A stretch of DNA of 57,115 nt, the filler included, from Diploschistes diacapsis (taxonomy: Eukaryota), in the NCBI GenBank assembly GCA_023645945.1. It is 5 parts of 5 records of this genome, joined end to end, with 100 filler letters (N's around TTAATTAATTAA, not from the genome) between each part and the next. Parts side by side here need not be neighbours in the genome. Positions count along the whole stretch, not along the records: positions 22,931 to 34,273 come from JALAIB010000840.1; positions 34,374 to 45,713 come from JALAIB010000841.1; 3 more parts are not named here. One strand, written 5' to 3'. The notes under the pieces were generated by a model. That model was given only the letters and a program-made list of their open reading frames with translations. It had not been told where the DNA came from and ran no database searches. Positions within the stretch are counted from its first letter, which is position 1. The number at the start of each line of letters is the position of its first letter. Of the stretch, positions 25,730-35,815 are shown piece by piece. The position numbers and the translations under genes are program-made.

Positions 25730-26531
25730 CTAGTATACTACACTACTATGTGTGGCTGTGCCTCGCTGCTTCCAACATTCCCCATTATGTGCATACAGTA
25801 CAGTCAGTACTGTTTGCGATATATACGCAGTGTGCGCACGAACATCAACTTTTTTTGCCTGAGGTGCGTCTATGGGGATTGAGCATTCGATTCCTAGACC
25901 CACAGGGGTATTCCCGGCTCCATTTGTATTTGTCTCCTCACTTCCTCCATCTCCAGCACTCGTGACCAGTTTTAGTTCGTCGTCCTCAATATCTTGCCTC
26001 CCCCGGTCTTCAAGCTGAGGTGATTCGGTCTTCATTCCTGCTGTGCCGCTCTCCGCTCTCGAGAAATCTTGCCCACAAGGTATTGGCTCAGCATTCCTCT
26101 CTTACTCAGTTCATTCAGCAGCGGCCAAAGTGTCGGAAGACACGCAGCTGCAACATACATGCTGCATTCAGTTATAGACCATATGTATAGCTGTACGCTG
26201 GTCCATGTAGAGTCATCTCGCGGGTTAATTATCGTAAACTCAACGAAGCGTGCGAGAGCTGCTAGTAGACCAATTCTGTCTGTCAGTAGAGAGCACACTC
26301 TCCATATGAGCTAACTTAGATGCTTCCCAGGAACAAGCTGATCGCGACTCCAGTCTTTTTCCTAGTTAAGATTTGAGCACGTCGAAGGATCGTTACCGGT
26401 AGATACAACATCAACACGTCCGAGCTGATGTTAAGTAGACAAATCGTCTGCTGCTCTTCGTGACAAAGATGCGAAGGTAGAGCCCTAATATGGAGATCTT
26501 TGACCGTTCTACCGGCGACGGTTGGAAGCAC
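25730..26531 (-). pseudogene. PTH11-like (fungal rhodopsin-domain) membrane protein remnant
   Basis: NISSDVLMLYLPV...RKKTGVAISLFLGSI, an intron near 26316-26266, then GLLAALARF...DSTWT...WSITECSMYVAAACLPTLWPLL: these are TM5-7 motifs. No TM1-4 is found before the divergent VPS71 gene, and the tail continues in a shifted frame (26035..25730). Confidence 0.68.
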
Positions 26532-26920
26532 GGAGCAATAGTTACGTTAAACAGCTCTTGGGGAGGAAGGGAAACACTTTATCACAACAAGCGATTTACG
26601 AGGCCATCTGTCACACGAGTCGCAGCAGCATAAGAAAAGCAATGAAGTTACTGGATAAAGAACGTGTGGGATCTGTCGTCTTTAGCTCGGTTTAGATATT
26701 AGCACGCTACACTTTTGTTTGCGCGGGTCCGGGTAAGCACTGACTGGTATGCTAAAACTGCTGCACCGCATTGAAGGCTAAGTAAAAGTGATATCTTACC
26801 AGCCTTGTACTCCGCTTATCATTGTGCACATATTCAGTCTAAGTGTACTTTGCCGTGCCCACGTCGAACAGCCAGTCTTTATGTTACAAAGGTTTTGCTA
26901 CGATTGTAACAACATATATC

Positions 26921-27709
26921 ATGTGGCGCGTTGAAGAGGTGGTCCAAGCGGCCAAAAGACCTTCTCAACCAGGTTGGGATTATGTTATCGACACAGGATT
27001 TGATCCATCGAAAGCTCCTATCACACCAGCGAACAGGAAGCGCACTGCGAAAAGCGGCGGAGGTGACACGACAGCAAAGCAGAATGCTGCAATCTTGAAA
27101 CGTCTAGCAGAGCTTGATAAAGATAATGCTAGAGATATCCAAATTCCCGTTCCCAGCAGACAGAAAGACAGCGCGGGCAGATCAAAGGGCAAGACTACAG
27201 CTACTAGAAAGATCTTACTCGCCCAGAAGACCTTCACGAATTATCTGGCTGATGAAGAAGCTTTGCTGGCGCTGGAGCCTCCTAATGCAATAGCAGCACG
27301 ATCAAAGCCAGTTCCTCCGCCACTTCGGACCTCGAACCAACGTCAGTCGGCAGGAGCTCGAGAGGATGTGCAGGCGCCGGACGCTGAAAAATCTAAGGGC
27401 TCAACCCAGCTGCCTCGACCGCCACCCTTACGACCTGCTTCTAACGGCTTGGATGATTTCCACCTGCTCCAATCTATCGTCCCGCAAGCTCCCTCTGATG
27501 ACCTCATGGAAGCGCTTGTGTCCGCTCCATCTCTCTCTTATAATGCTGCCCGCGTTGAACCATCCAACAGTGGCAGGCCACCGCTTCATTTCTGCGAGAT
27601 GTGCGGCTACTGGGGCAACTATAAGTGCCGTATATGCGGCAATCGCTACTGCGGCCTGACTTGCAAAACTAAGCATGATGTGGACTGCCAGAAATACGGA
27701 GCTAGGTGA
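26921..27709 (+). CDS. VPS71: HIT-type zinc finger protein, SWR1 complex subunit Vps71/Swc6-like
   Basis: C-terminal FCEMCGYWGNYKCRICGNRYCGLTCKTKH zf-HIT; LAELDKDN, KILLAQKTFTNYLADEE and LSYNAAR motifs; first ATG at 26921. Confidence 0.82.
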   Translation: MWRVEEVVQAAKRPSQPGWDYVIDTGFDPSKAPITPANRKRTAKSGGGDTTAKQNAAILKRLAELDKDNARDIQIPVPSRQKDSAGRSKGKTTATRKILLAQKTFTNYLADEEALLALEPPNAIAARSKPVPPPLRTSNQRQSAGAREDVQAPDAEKSKGSTQLPRPPPLRPASNGLDDFHLLQSIVPQAPSDDLMEALVSAPSLSYNAARVEPSNSGRPPLHFCEMCGYWGNYKCRICGNRYCGLTCKTKHDVDCQKYGAR

Positions 27710-28341
27710 TTTCATTCGCTCTCGACGATGCATATATTGTTACTCGTGGAGAAAACTGCTTGACCATCTCACTCTTTAGGAGTAATCTTCGAAGGGACAG
27801 AACCACAAAACTTGTGCGGCATTTATCCGGCCTGTCTTCGGTAAGCCTGGAATATTTTTTCTCAATTACCTCGTTCCAAGCCAAAGAACAGGCGTCGCAC
27901 AGGCCGGAGACGTAAGGCTCTTAAGGCTTTAGCCCTCAGGTTGCCAAGCAGTATCTAAAAGTGTGTGGTTCGGGCCATGGGCAGATGGACGTAGGAGGAG
28001 CGCCTGCAGTAGAGTTTCCAAGCCAAAAATAAAGAAGCATTGTGTCTATTCCTTAATCGGCTTGCTGAGCTAGCAAGCCAAAACCAAATGTATGAAGAAC
28101 AGCAATTGGGGCAAACAGTATGCGCAGATGGACGGTAGGAGAAAATATGATTCTACCTTTTGAACCTGATTAGCCGTGCAATAGATTCGCCTTCTAGCCC
28201 CCTGCAAAAATAAAGTACGGTACCGTATGAGCTGCATCCGCATCTCTCATTCGCTGAATCGAACGACGTATACAAAGTATATAGAAGCTCTTGCTCCATC
28301 TAAGTCCTTCTGGAATTACCCCCTACGATTACAAGAACGGA

Positions 28342-29696
28342 ATGTTTGCGTCGCTTAACCGCTTCATTTCTCGTCTAGACTCAGAGCCAGCTGACAATTC
28401 TGGCTTGGGCCGTGGAGCGGCTGGCTTTCAAGTCCTCCGCAACAAGAACCCCGACATTCCTCTGCAACCATGGTTTGACATAATCATCGGCATCAACGGT
28501 CGACAGTTGGTATGTCAGTGCTTCAAGTAAGACAATAGTTGTTTATGCCGCTCAGGATAACCCAGATCCTCGCCTCTTCGCGACTGAAGTCCGCAATTGC
28601 GCGGGCTCGATCGTGACTCTCACCATATGGAGCGCGAAGGTATGCGTATTCTCCAAACTGATCCACTATTTTACCACAGGCTATTCACATTTTGCAGGGC
28701 CAAGCTCTCCGTGACATCCATCTCCCGATTCCCTCGCCTTCCCCAACTTTGGGCATTACTCTTCAATGGGCGCCGGTTTCATCTACCTACGACATTTGGC
28801 ATATTCTAGAGGTCATACCCGACTCTCCATCTGACCGAGCTGGACTGTTACCATACGGTGACTATATTGTTGGGACCCCGGAGGGCATTGTGCGAGGCGA
28901 GGCTGGCCTGGGCGAGCTTGTCGAAGACTATCTATCTCGTCCATTGCGATTACATGTTTACAACCATGAGTATGGGATCGTTCGGGAAGTGACAGTCACT
29001 CCATCGAGAAGCTGGGGGGGTGAGGGTGCTTTGGGGTGTACACTGGGATATGGAGCTCTGCATCGAATCCCGCCTCCTCTGGAAGAGCCACCTGCCGCGC
29101 CAGGCGATACATTGTTCGAAACGGCACGCTTCAGCAACGAAGAAGCACGGTCCGCATCGCCCTCAAAATATAATGCGCAGAATCAGTTTTCTGCGCCTAA
29201 CCTCTTAACCCCACCAAACCCGATCAGTAACCCCTATAACCTCACGTCACCATCCCTGCTCGTCCCAGCCTCGATCAGCAACCCCCCACCATTAATCTCA
29301 ACAACCTCGCCCCCGCCTCCAGGATCGGCTCCGCGACCCACCAGGAAAACCCGTGCTGTATCCCCAAATAAAGGCGCCGCTTTTGATGAGTATTGGAAGG
29401 AGTCGGAGGAGAAGAGCAAAGAAGTAGACTATGCTCCGAGGAATGTCTCGAAAGCAGCTCCGGCACCGCCGCCTCCGAAAGCCCACGGCATGAGCGTCGC
29501 AACCAAGCTGCCCGTCCCACCACTTTCGGGTGGCGAACCGCGGCAGACAAGGAGTCCAGATCCTATCTTGGATGATGACGAAGAAGATGGTGAGGAAAGC
29601 GGTGAAGATGAACAAGACCAGAATGGGGTGGCTCGGGACGGGAGTAACGAGATAGAAGTAGGGGAGGGCGATCAGGAATGGATGAAAGCAACATAG
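28342..29696 (+). CDS. GRH1: GRASP55/65-family Golgi protein; exons 28342-28509, 28556-28639, 28698-29696
   Basis: N-terminal amphipathic MFASLNRFISRLD, tandem PDZ-like GRASP motifs (PWFDIIIGING, WHILEV, AGLLPYGDYIVG, SWGGEGALGCTLGYGALHRIP) and a Pro-rich tail. Confidence 0.92.
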
Positions 29697-30020
29697 AAAA
29701 TGGAATAATCTTCGTTGTAACCTTTGCGACTGATGCTTCCCTAGGCATTCTTACTCAAGCACACGTCTTTTCCTTCTCTAGAAGTGAAGTACCTTAATTC
29801 GAAAAGATATCAAATAGTCAACAATGTCCGATGAAGCGTAGAGAACGGCCATGCTTAGTGAAGCAGTACTAGGCCAGTGTATTGGAAGTGCTCTCAATAA
29901 GTAGTGGTCGACATTTAATAAGAAAAAGCTATTACTTTTATATAGTACTAGACCAAAAGTAGTTAGGTCCACCATAAGCGGCAGGAAATTAATATTAAAT
30001 AATCGAAGCCGCTATTTTTT

Positions 30021-30186
30021 TGTAGTGGCATAGCTGGTGCTACTAGGGGTGGGTCCTGCCGACGTCGCTGCTGGGCAGCAGCATCTATGACGATGCTGCT
30101 CACCATGGCTATATAGTGCTCGCTGGCCCACCTAGCTAGCCATGATCATTCAATTCAATACACTACATATTCCATACTACTATATT
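30021..30186 (+). repeat. Dispersed ~165-nt repeat, copy A (MITE-like or structured element)
   Basis: Aligns with 34592-34746 over blocks TGTAGTGGCATAGCTG, GCAGCAGCATCTATGACGATGCTGC, ATGGCTATATAGTGCTCGCTGGCCCACCT, CATTCAATTCAATACACTA and TCCATACTACTA. Confidence 0.88.
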
Positions 30187-31759
30187 TTTCCTAACGTTTG
30201 GTCTGAATCAAAAATACTGCGCCTGCGGTCGGCACGGCCTCAAACATAGAGACGAACAGGCAGAGGAGGTAGAATTGTAGGAACCTAAACTAGCCGAGAT
30301 CGACGGTTACGGCAAGAATTGCATGGGACCTGGACGGGGCTGAAAAACGCTTCAGTCATGTGGTAGGTAGGGCTGTTAGCTTGAAAGCAGCACCTGCCAA
30401 TATTGGTATAGCGCAAGCCATGGAAAAGTGAGCCTTTTTCGGGATGGACCTAGACCGGCGCCGAAGAAGCCGGCCCGAGTCCATCACGACCCCTGCTCTG
30501 GCCACGATCAAGAACCCCAACTACGAAACAAACAATTGAAAGTTGACAAGCCACCCTCGGCATGATCGGATAGCCTTTCACCTACGCCTTCATCTGGCAC
30601 TTCTCTGGCTCTCAGCTCGGGGCAACGGTGACTGACCAAGGCAGATGTAGGTTGCAGTTTCAAATGTTTTAGCACATCGTCTCTTCCAACGTTACTCAAT
30701 TTCCGACGATCCCTTTCCGTTGGCCCCTTTAACACCGACCCTGCGCTGTATAGACCTTGTATTCAGACTGTCTCACGCCACATTTCTGGCACCGCTATCT
30801 TACCGATGCCCAAACGGGATTAACCTTGCATGGGTTTTCCAGAAGCGGCATGGCAAGCCAATCACCAATATTTGGAGTTAACTGCACAAAAGCAACGAAC
30901 ACGGATCCAAAACTCTGGAATAAGCTTGTGACCATGATGCTCGGGTTGGGGAAGTGCTTTGGATACGCAAGGAATCAAGGGGCATGTTGAAATCAGCCGC
31001 AGATTGTGCCTGCCTCATGGCCTTAAGAACACTGGTTGTGGGGGCTGAGCTTTTCTTCTCTTCATCGGCTTCACCTGCTTTGAGAGCACCTCCATCGCCG
31101 CCTACTTGTGGCAATTCCCGGGAGAGAGAAACAAGGCGATAGACATGAATCGTTCCTCATCGATGAGGACTACACTACCAAAGCAAAGGCCCTGCCGTAT
31201 GCCGTGGTCGTTGTCAGGTAGCCCCTACCTGGTGTGGCGTGCCCTTCGAAGTGAGATGGAAACTTTTGAGGTAAGCTACTAGAGTATCCTCTGGCCGTCT
31301 CAAAGTTGCATTGATGGCCGTCTTACCGCAATGTATCTTCCGCATGATGCAGGTTCTATACCTTTCATTCGCTAAGAGCTTCGATTACTACTCGCCATTC
31401 CAGGATATGTTTTCTTTGGACCCTGAGAGCAATCAGCACGCTGGTCACAGGCTTGTGACTGTATGAACCGGCCGTGTCCTCTGTCGTGCAACCACATTGA
31501 GAGGAAGTATTCCATCCACCGGCTCGCTCACTTTCATGGTTACATGCGGGTATGAAGTGTCTTGCAGCTGTCGATTTCGCATCGGCAGAAGCACCCAAAA
31601 TTTCTTGAGGTTCTACATATATAAGCCCATTTCCTCGTCAAGTCATGATTCCATAGTTTCCAGAAACCAGTCGTCCCCTATTCTATGCCCATCTACCAGG
31701 CCTCTCTTGTATCCATACTCTTCTCTGTCTAGGCACGAGTTCTGCCTTGAAGGTTCAGG

Positions 31760-33552
31760 ATGTATTTCTTTATCACTCTATTCTGTGTCTTGGCCCTTGT
31801 GTCCTCGGTTTTTGCTACTGTCCACACGTACAATTGGGATATCACATGGGTTCTAGCCAATCCTGACGGACGACTGCTGAGACCGGTGATTGGCGTTAAT
31901 AACAAGTGGCCGCCTCCTTTGATAAACGTCACTATGGGTGACAGTTTGGAGATTACGGTAAATAATATGCTTGGAAACGAGACTACCGGCATTCATTGGC
32001 ATGGAATATTCCAGACTGGTTCTGTTGCAATGGATGGGCCTCGCGGAGTCACTCAATGTCCTATTCCCCCAGGTAGCAGCTTCACCTACAGTTTCACCAT
32101 CGATCAGCCCGGCGAGTATTGGTATCACTCTCATGACATTGGCCAGTTTCCAGACGGACTTCGAGGGCCGATTATCGTCCAGGACCCATCAAACCCCTAT
32201 GCCGGGCGGTACGATGCGGAGATTGTTTTGACCGTGAGCGACTGGTATCATGATCAGATGCCATATCTGATGCCCTACTACTTGTCTGTAGACACCAATC
32301 CTGATGGCAACGAACCCGAGCCCTACTCTGCACTATTCAACGATAATCAAACGACTATGTACTCGATGGAGCCCAATTTGACTTACCTCATAAGAATCAT
32401 CAACATTGGAGCATTCTCACAATTTTACATACAGTTCGCGGAACACAACGTGACCGTCATCGAGATGGACGGCATCTATATCAATCCGTTTGAGACTGAC
32501 CAGATATACATTACCACCGCGCAAAGATACGAAGTCTTGATGAAGTGAGCAATCTTGCAAGCAACGAAACGCAGCTGACGATTTCTAGATCCAAGTCAGA
32601 CGCTTCGACCAACTATGCTATTGCTGGCCTCATGGATAAGGGGGATTTTAATGAAGATCCCTCTTACATGAATCCAACCGTTGCGGGATATCTGGTATAC
32701 AACACTTCAGCACCCCTTCCTTCTCCATGGGTCATTTCTGACCCACAACAAATCGACGATTTTGCATTGGTACCCTTGGACGGCCAGCAAGCCTTCGGCC
32801 CACCAACTGAGACTATTGTTTTGAACATCACGTTTTGGAGCGAGCACAACCAGAATAGGTGAGCAAAGATACGACAGCCATCCTACGCTCCGTCGAGCTG
32901 ATAACCTCCTAGAGCCGGATTCAACAACATTACATACCTGGAGCAAAAAGTACCAACTCTCTACACTGCCCTCAGTGCCGGAGTAAACGCAATATTCCCA
33001 GAGGTCTACGGCGTCAATTCCAACTCCTTCGTTCTTCATTACGGGGCGGTGGTCGAGCTTGTTATAAACAACTATGACAGCGGCCCTCATCCGATCCATA
33101 TTCATGGCCATGCGCCCCAGCACCTGGTACGCAATAACGACGGGTTCTATACACCGGGCCAGGCTCTGAAATATGATTCCGTGCCAATGCGTAGAGATAC
33201 CTGGCTTGTCCCAGCGGGAGGCTATGTGGTGTCTCGCTTTGTCGCAAATAATCCAGGGGTGTGGTTCTTGCATTGCCATATGGACTGGCATCTGCTCGGG
33301 GGTCTTGCCGCGACCTTTGTTGAGGCGCCGCTGATCCTACAAGCCACTCAGACCATCCCAGCGGCAGCCAAATCTCTGTGCCAAGCACGAGGCACTCCGA
33401 CAGCTGGAAATGCAGCTGGAAACATCAAAAAGCACTTCGACCTGACCGGGGCGGTCACGACGCCTGATCCAAGTCCATCGGGGTAAGTTCATTGCTTCCT
33501 CGTACTGGTGGCTTACTTTTTCTGACGATGCTATTGCAGAGCTCTGATTTGA
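31760..33552 (+). CDS. Secreted multicopper oxidase, Fet3/Abr1-like (AA1), ~545 aa; exons 31760-32544, 32589-32858, 32913-33482, 33540-33552
   Basis: Signal peptide and four copper motifs: IHWHG, YWYHSH, HPIHIHGH and HCHMDWHLLGGL. Three GT-AG introns give a 1638-nt frame. TATA-like TATATAA near 31618. Confidence 0.92.
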
Positions 33553-34273
33553 CTACGCCCGTCAACCATCACGATCAACGGGAGGGGAGGGGAGGGTGGG
33601 TGACGAAACTCTTCGAGTTACGGAAAGGAGATGTGACTGATGTAATGGGCACTTTTTTCATTTCCTGTATTTGTTATCAATAGCCTCTTATCTTTGACCC
33701 ACCTTTGTTGCACATAATTTGCGTTGCGTCCCAACAACGCCCAGGGGGTCGGGTTGTACCGTCCTGATGGCAGGCGTAACAAAGGCCGCCTGCCAAATAA
33801 AAAATCAGTGCTAGTCTTGTGGTGGTAGTTATTGCTACCCCCACGGCACGAAAGTTTCACTTATCATCCTTTTTGATTCGCCGGATTGTACCGGCCCCCA
33901 AACGCTGCACGTGGCTACAGGGAAGCAGCCACGTGCGTCCAATAGGGCCCGAACAGTGCGGAAAAGCGTGCTGTGCATCCGTAGCTTCGGCAATTGGCGC
34001 CAAAGCGTTCAAACAAAGTTGTCGGTAGTTGAAATTAATGGTGAAAAGACGACCGCTGGAGCCTGGGCTGGTGGCGGGGACTTTTTTATTCGAAGGAAGG
34101 ACGTGGGTTCGAACTCCCCACCACCGCCGACACCGAATATTCTTTCCTCCCGGGCCTCGCCATCTGGCCTTGATCCTTAGCATCTGACTTTTGACACTTC
34201 AGGGCTCGGCAGAGAAAGGCTGTCGGCTTGGGGTTGGTAGCAGGCTGCCATGCAATGCGGGATAATCGTGGGT

Positions 34274-34373
34274 NNNNNNNNNNNNNNNNNNNNNNNNNNN
34301 NNNNNNNNNNNNNNNNNTTAATTAATTAANNNNNNNNNNNNNNNNNNNNNNNNNNNNNNNNNNNNNNNNNNNN
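34274..34373. other. Artificial contig spacer
   Basis: 44 N + TTAATTAATTAA + 44 N. Confidence 0.98.
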
Positions 34374-34483
34374 ATATATAGAAGATAGATTGCTAAAAGC
34401 TAGGTAGGCAGCGGGCCCTTATAGCTACTACAGTAGCTGCTAAGTGGGTGGATGCCCAATGGCATCATCACCCATGGCATCAC

Positions 34484-34746
34484 GAGCGACGCCGGCGAGG
34501 GCAGGAGCAAGCGACACCCCTAGTAGCTCAATAGCTACTACAGCAATATTTTATATAAAAATATAACAAGTCTTTTGAGTATTCTTTTTACTGTAGTGGC
34601 ATAGCTGACGTCGCTGCAGCAGCATCTATGACGATGCTGCCCACAATGGCTATATAGTGCTCGCTGGCCCACCTGGCTAGCCATCATCATCATCACAATC
34701 ATCATTCAATTCAATACACTATACACACACTCCATACTACTACATT
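34484..34746. repeat. Dispersed repeat copy B (34592-34746, +) preceded by a degenerate inverted partial copy (~34484-34541)
   Basis: Direct similarity to 30021-30186. AGCGACGCCGGC...CACCCCTAGTAGC...CTACA at ~34485-34541 matches the reverse complement of the 5' part of copy A. Confidence 0.82.
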
Positions 34747-35815
34747 TACTTTGCTTAGGAATTTGGAGGATGACATTATGTATGGGCAGGCATATAATAT
34801 TAATCAGTCAAGGCAGCATGATCGAATGGTGAAGGCGACTGCTGGCAGACCTCCTTGGAGGTCATTCCCACTGCTGCCACCACCACCCCGAATATTCTCA
34901 CTCTAGGCTTTGCAACCTGGTCTAATCCTAAAAACGGCCAAATCCCGTTCTAATATACAATACTCGGCATTCAACGACAAGATATTCGATCGAAGGTTAC
35001 GGGGAAAAAAAATCTACGGTCGAAAGCTGTTGACAAATGTTACGGTCGCAAAAAGTTAGAAAAATAGGTAAGAACAACAGGAAATTATGATGTGGCTTAA
35101 CTGGTATGGCTTATATGGCAATGTTTGATTTGAAATACTATTTAAGATTAAAATTTATGTGTCTATTTTCTTTCAAAGCCAGGGCAGTTTTTACGGCAAG
35201 TCATTGCGTACAAAGATATTAGGGCAACTCAGCTTCAGCTGGCAATGCAATTCATTCATTAATCAGTCAATATATAACAAGGCACAACTTCACCACCGTA
35301 TTAACGCTAGATCGTAGATACAGCTATGCCTGTGCAGCTTGCTTTCCTGGCAAGCTTTGTCTTGCATGACTCATCCCTCCACTTTACCTAGGACCTCTCG
35401 TATGTACCAAAGTGCGACTTAAAATTCATTGAATTCTCTATATCGAATTCGAGAAGGATGTCTTGGCAAGCCCTACGCAAAAAAAGATTTGGTGTCCTTT
35501 CTGCCCTACGGAAGCGATAGGCTAGAAAAAGCCCTCGCTCAACCGCTAGCGTTTATAGAGTCGCGTAGTAAACATGAGGCTCATTGTTTACTTTGCATAG
35601 GTTGACGAGACAGCAAGGATAGCTTCAAGATAATCGTAAATAAAATAACGCGTCGAAACCTTGCAAACCAAAAATCTCCGTACTACATAACTTACCAGGG
35701 TACAGCTGATTTCACCTTTGGCTGTGGCGTCGCTTTGCACCAACTTCCTCATCCTCCACCCAACAATCAACAACCTCTACAGACCATCGTGATCACCCAC
35801 GCCAAGGTAGTAGAC

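Noticed and set aside
30500..31150. Possible minus-strand gene remnant upstream of the multicopper oxidase
   Set aside because: Short ORFs in different frames with no family motif I can recognise; not enough to call a gene or pseudogene.
5027..33552. Aromatic-oxidation gene cluster (phenol hydroxylase + multicopper oxidase + AOX)
   Set aside because: The hydroxylase is on another contig, and the others are separated by housekeeping genes; no PKS/NRPS backbone or transporter is present.
34095..34125. tRNA gene
   Set aside because: Only a T-arm-like hairpin with an oversized loop; no acceptor stem, D-arm or anticodon arm can be built.
30021..34746. Composite transposon: multicopper oxidase flanked by two direct repeats
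   Set aside because: The second copy lies beyond the artificial spacer at 34274-34373, on a different contig, so the flanking arrangement is not real evidence.
34799..35281. ATTAATCAGTCAA 13-mer repeated ~470 nt apart as a target-site duplication
   Set aside because: AT-rich context and no terminal inverted repeats visible inside the pair; could be chance.
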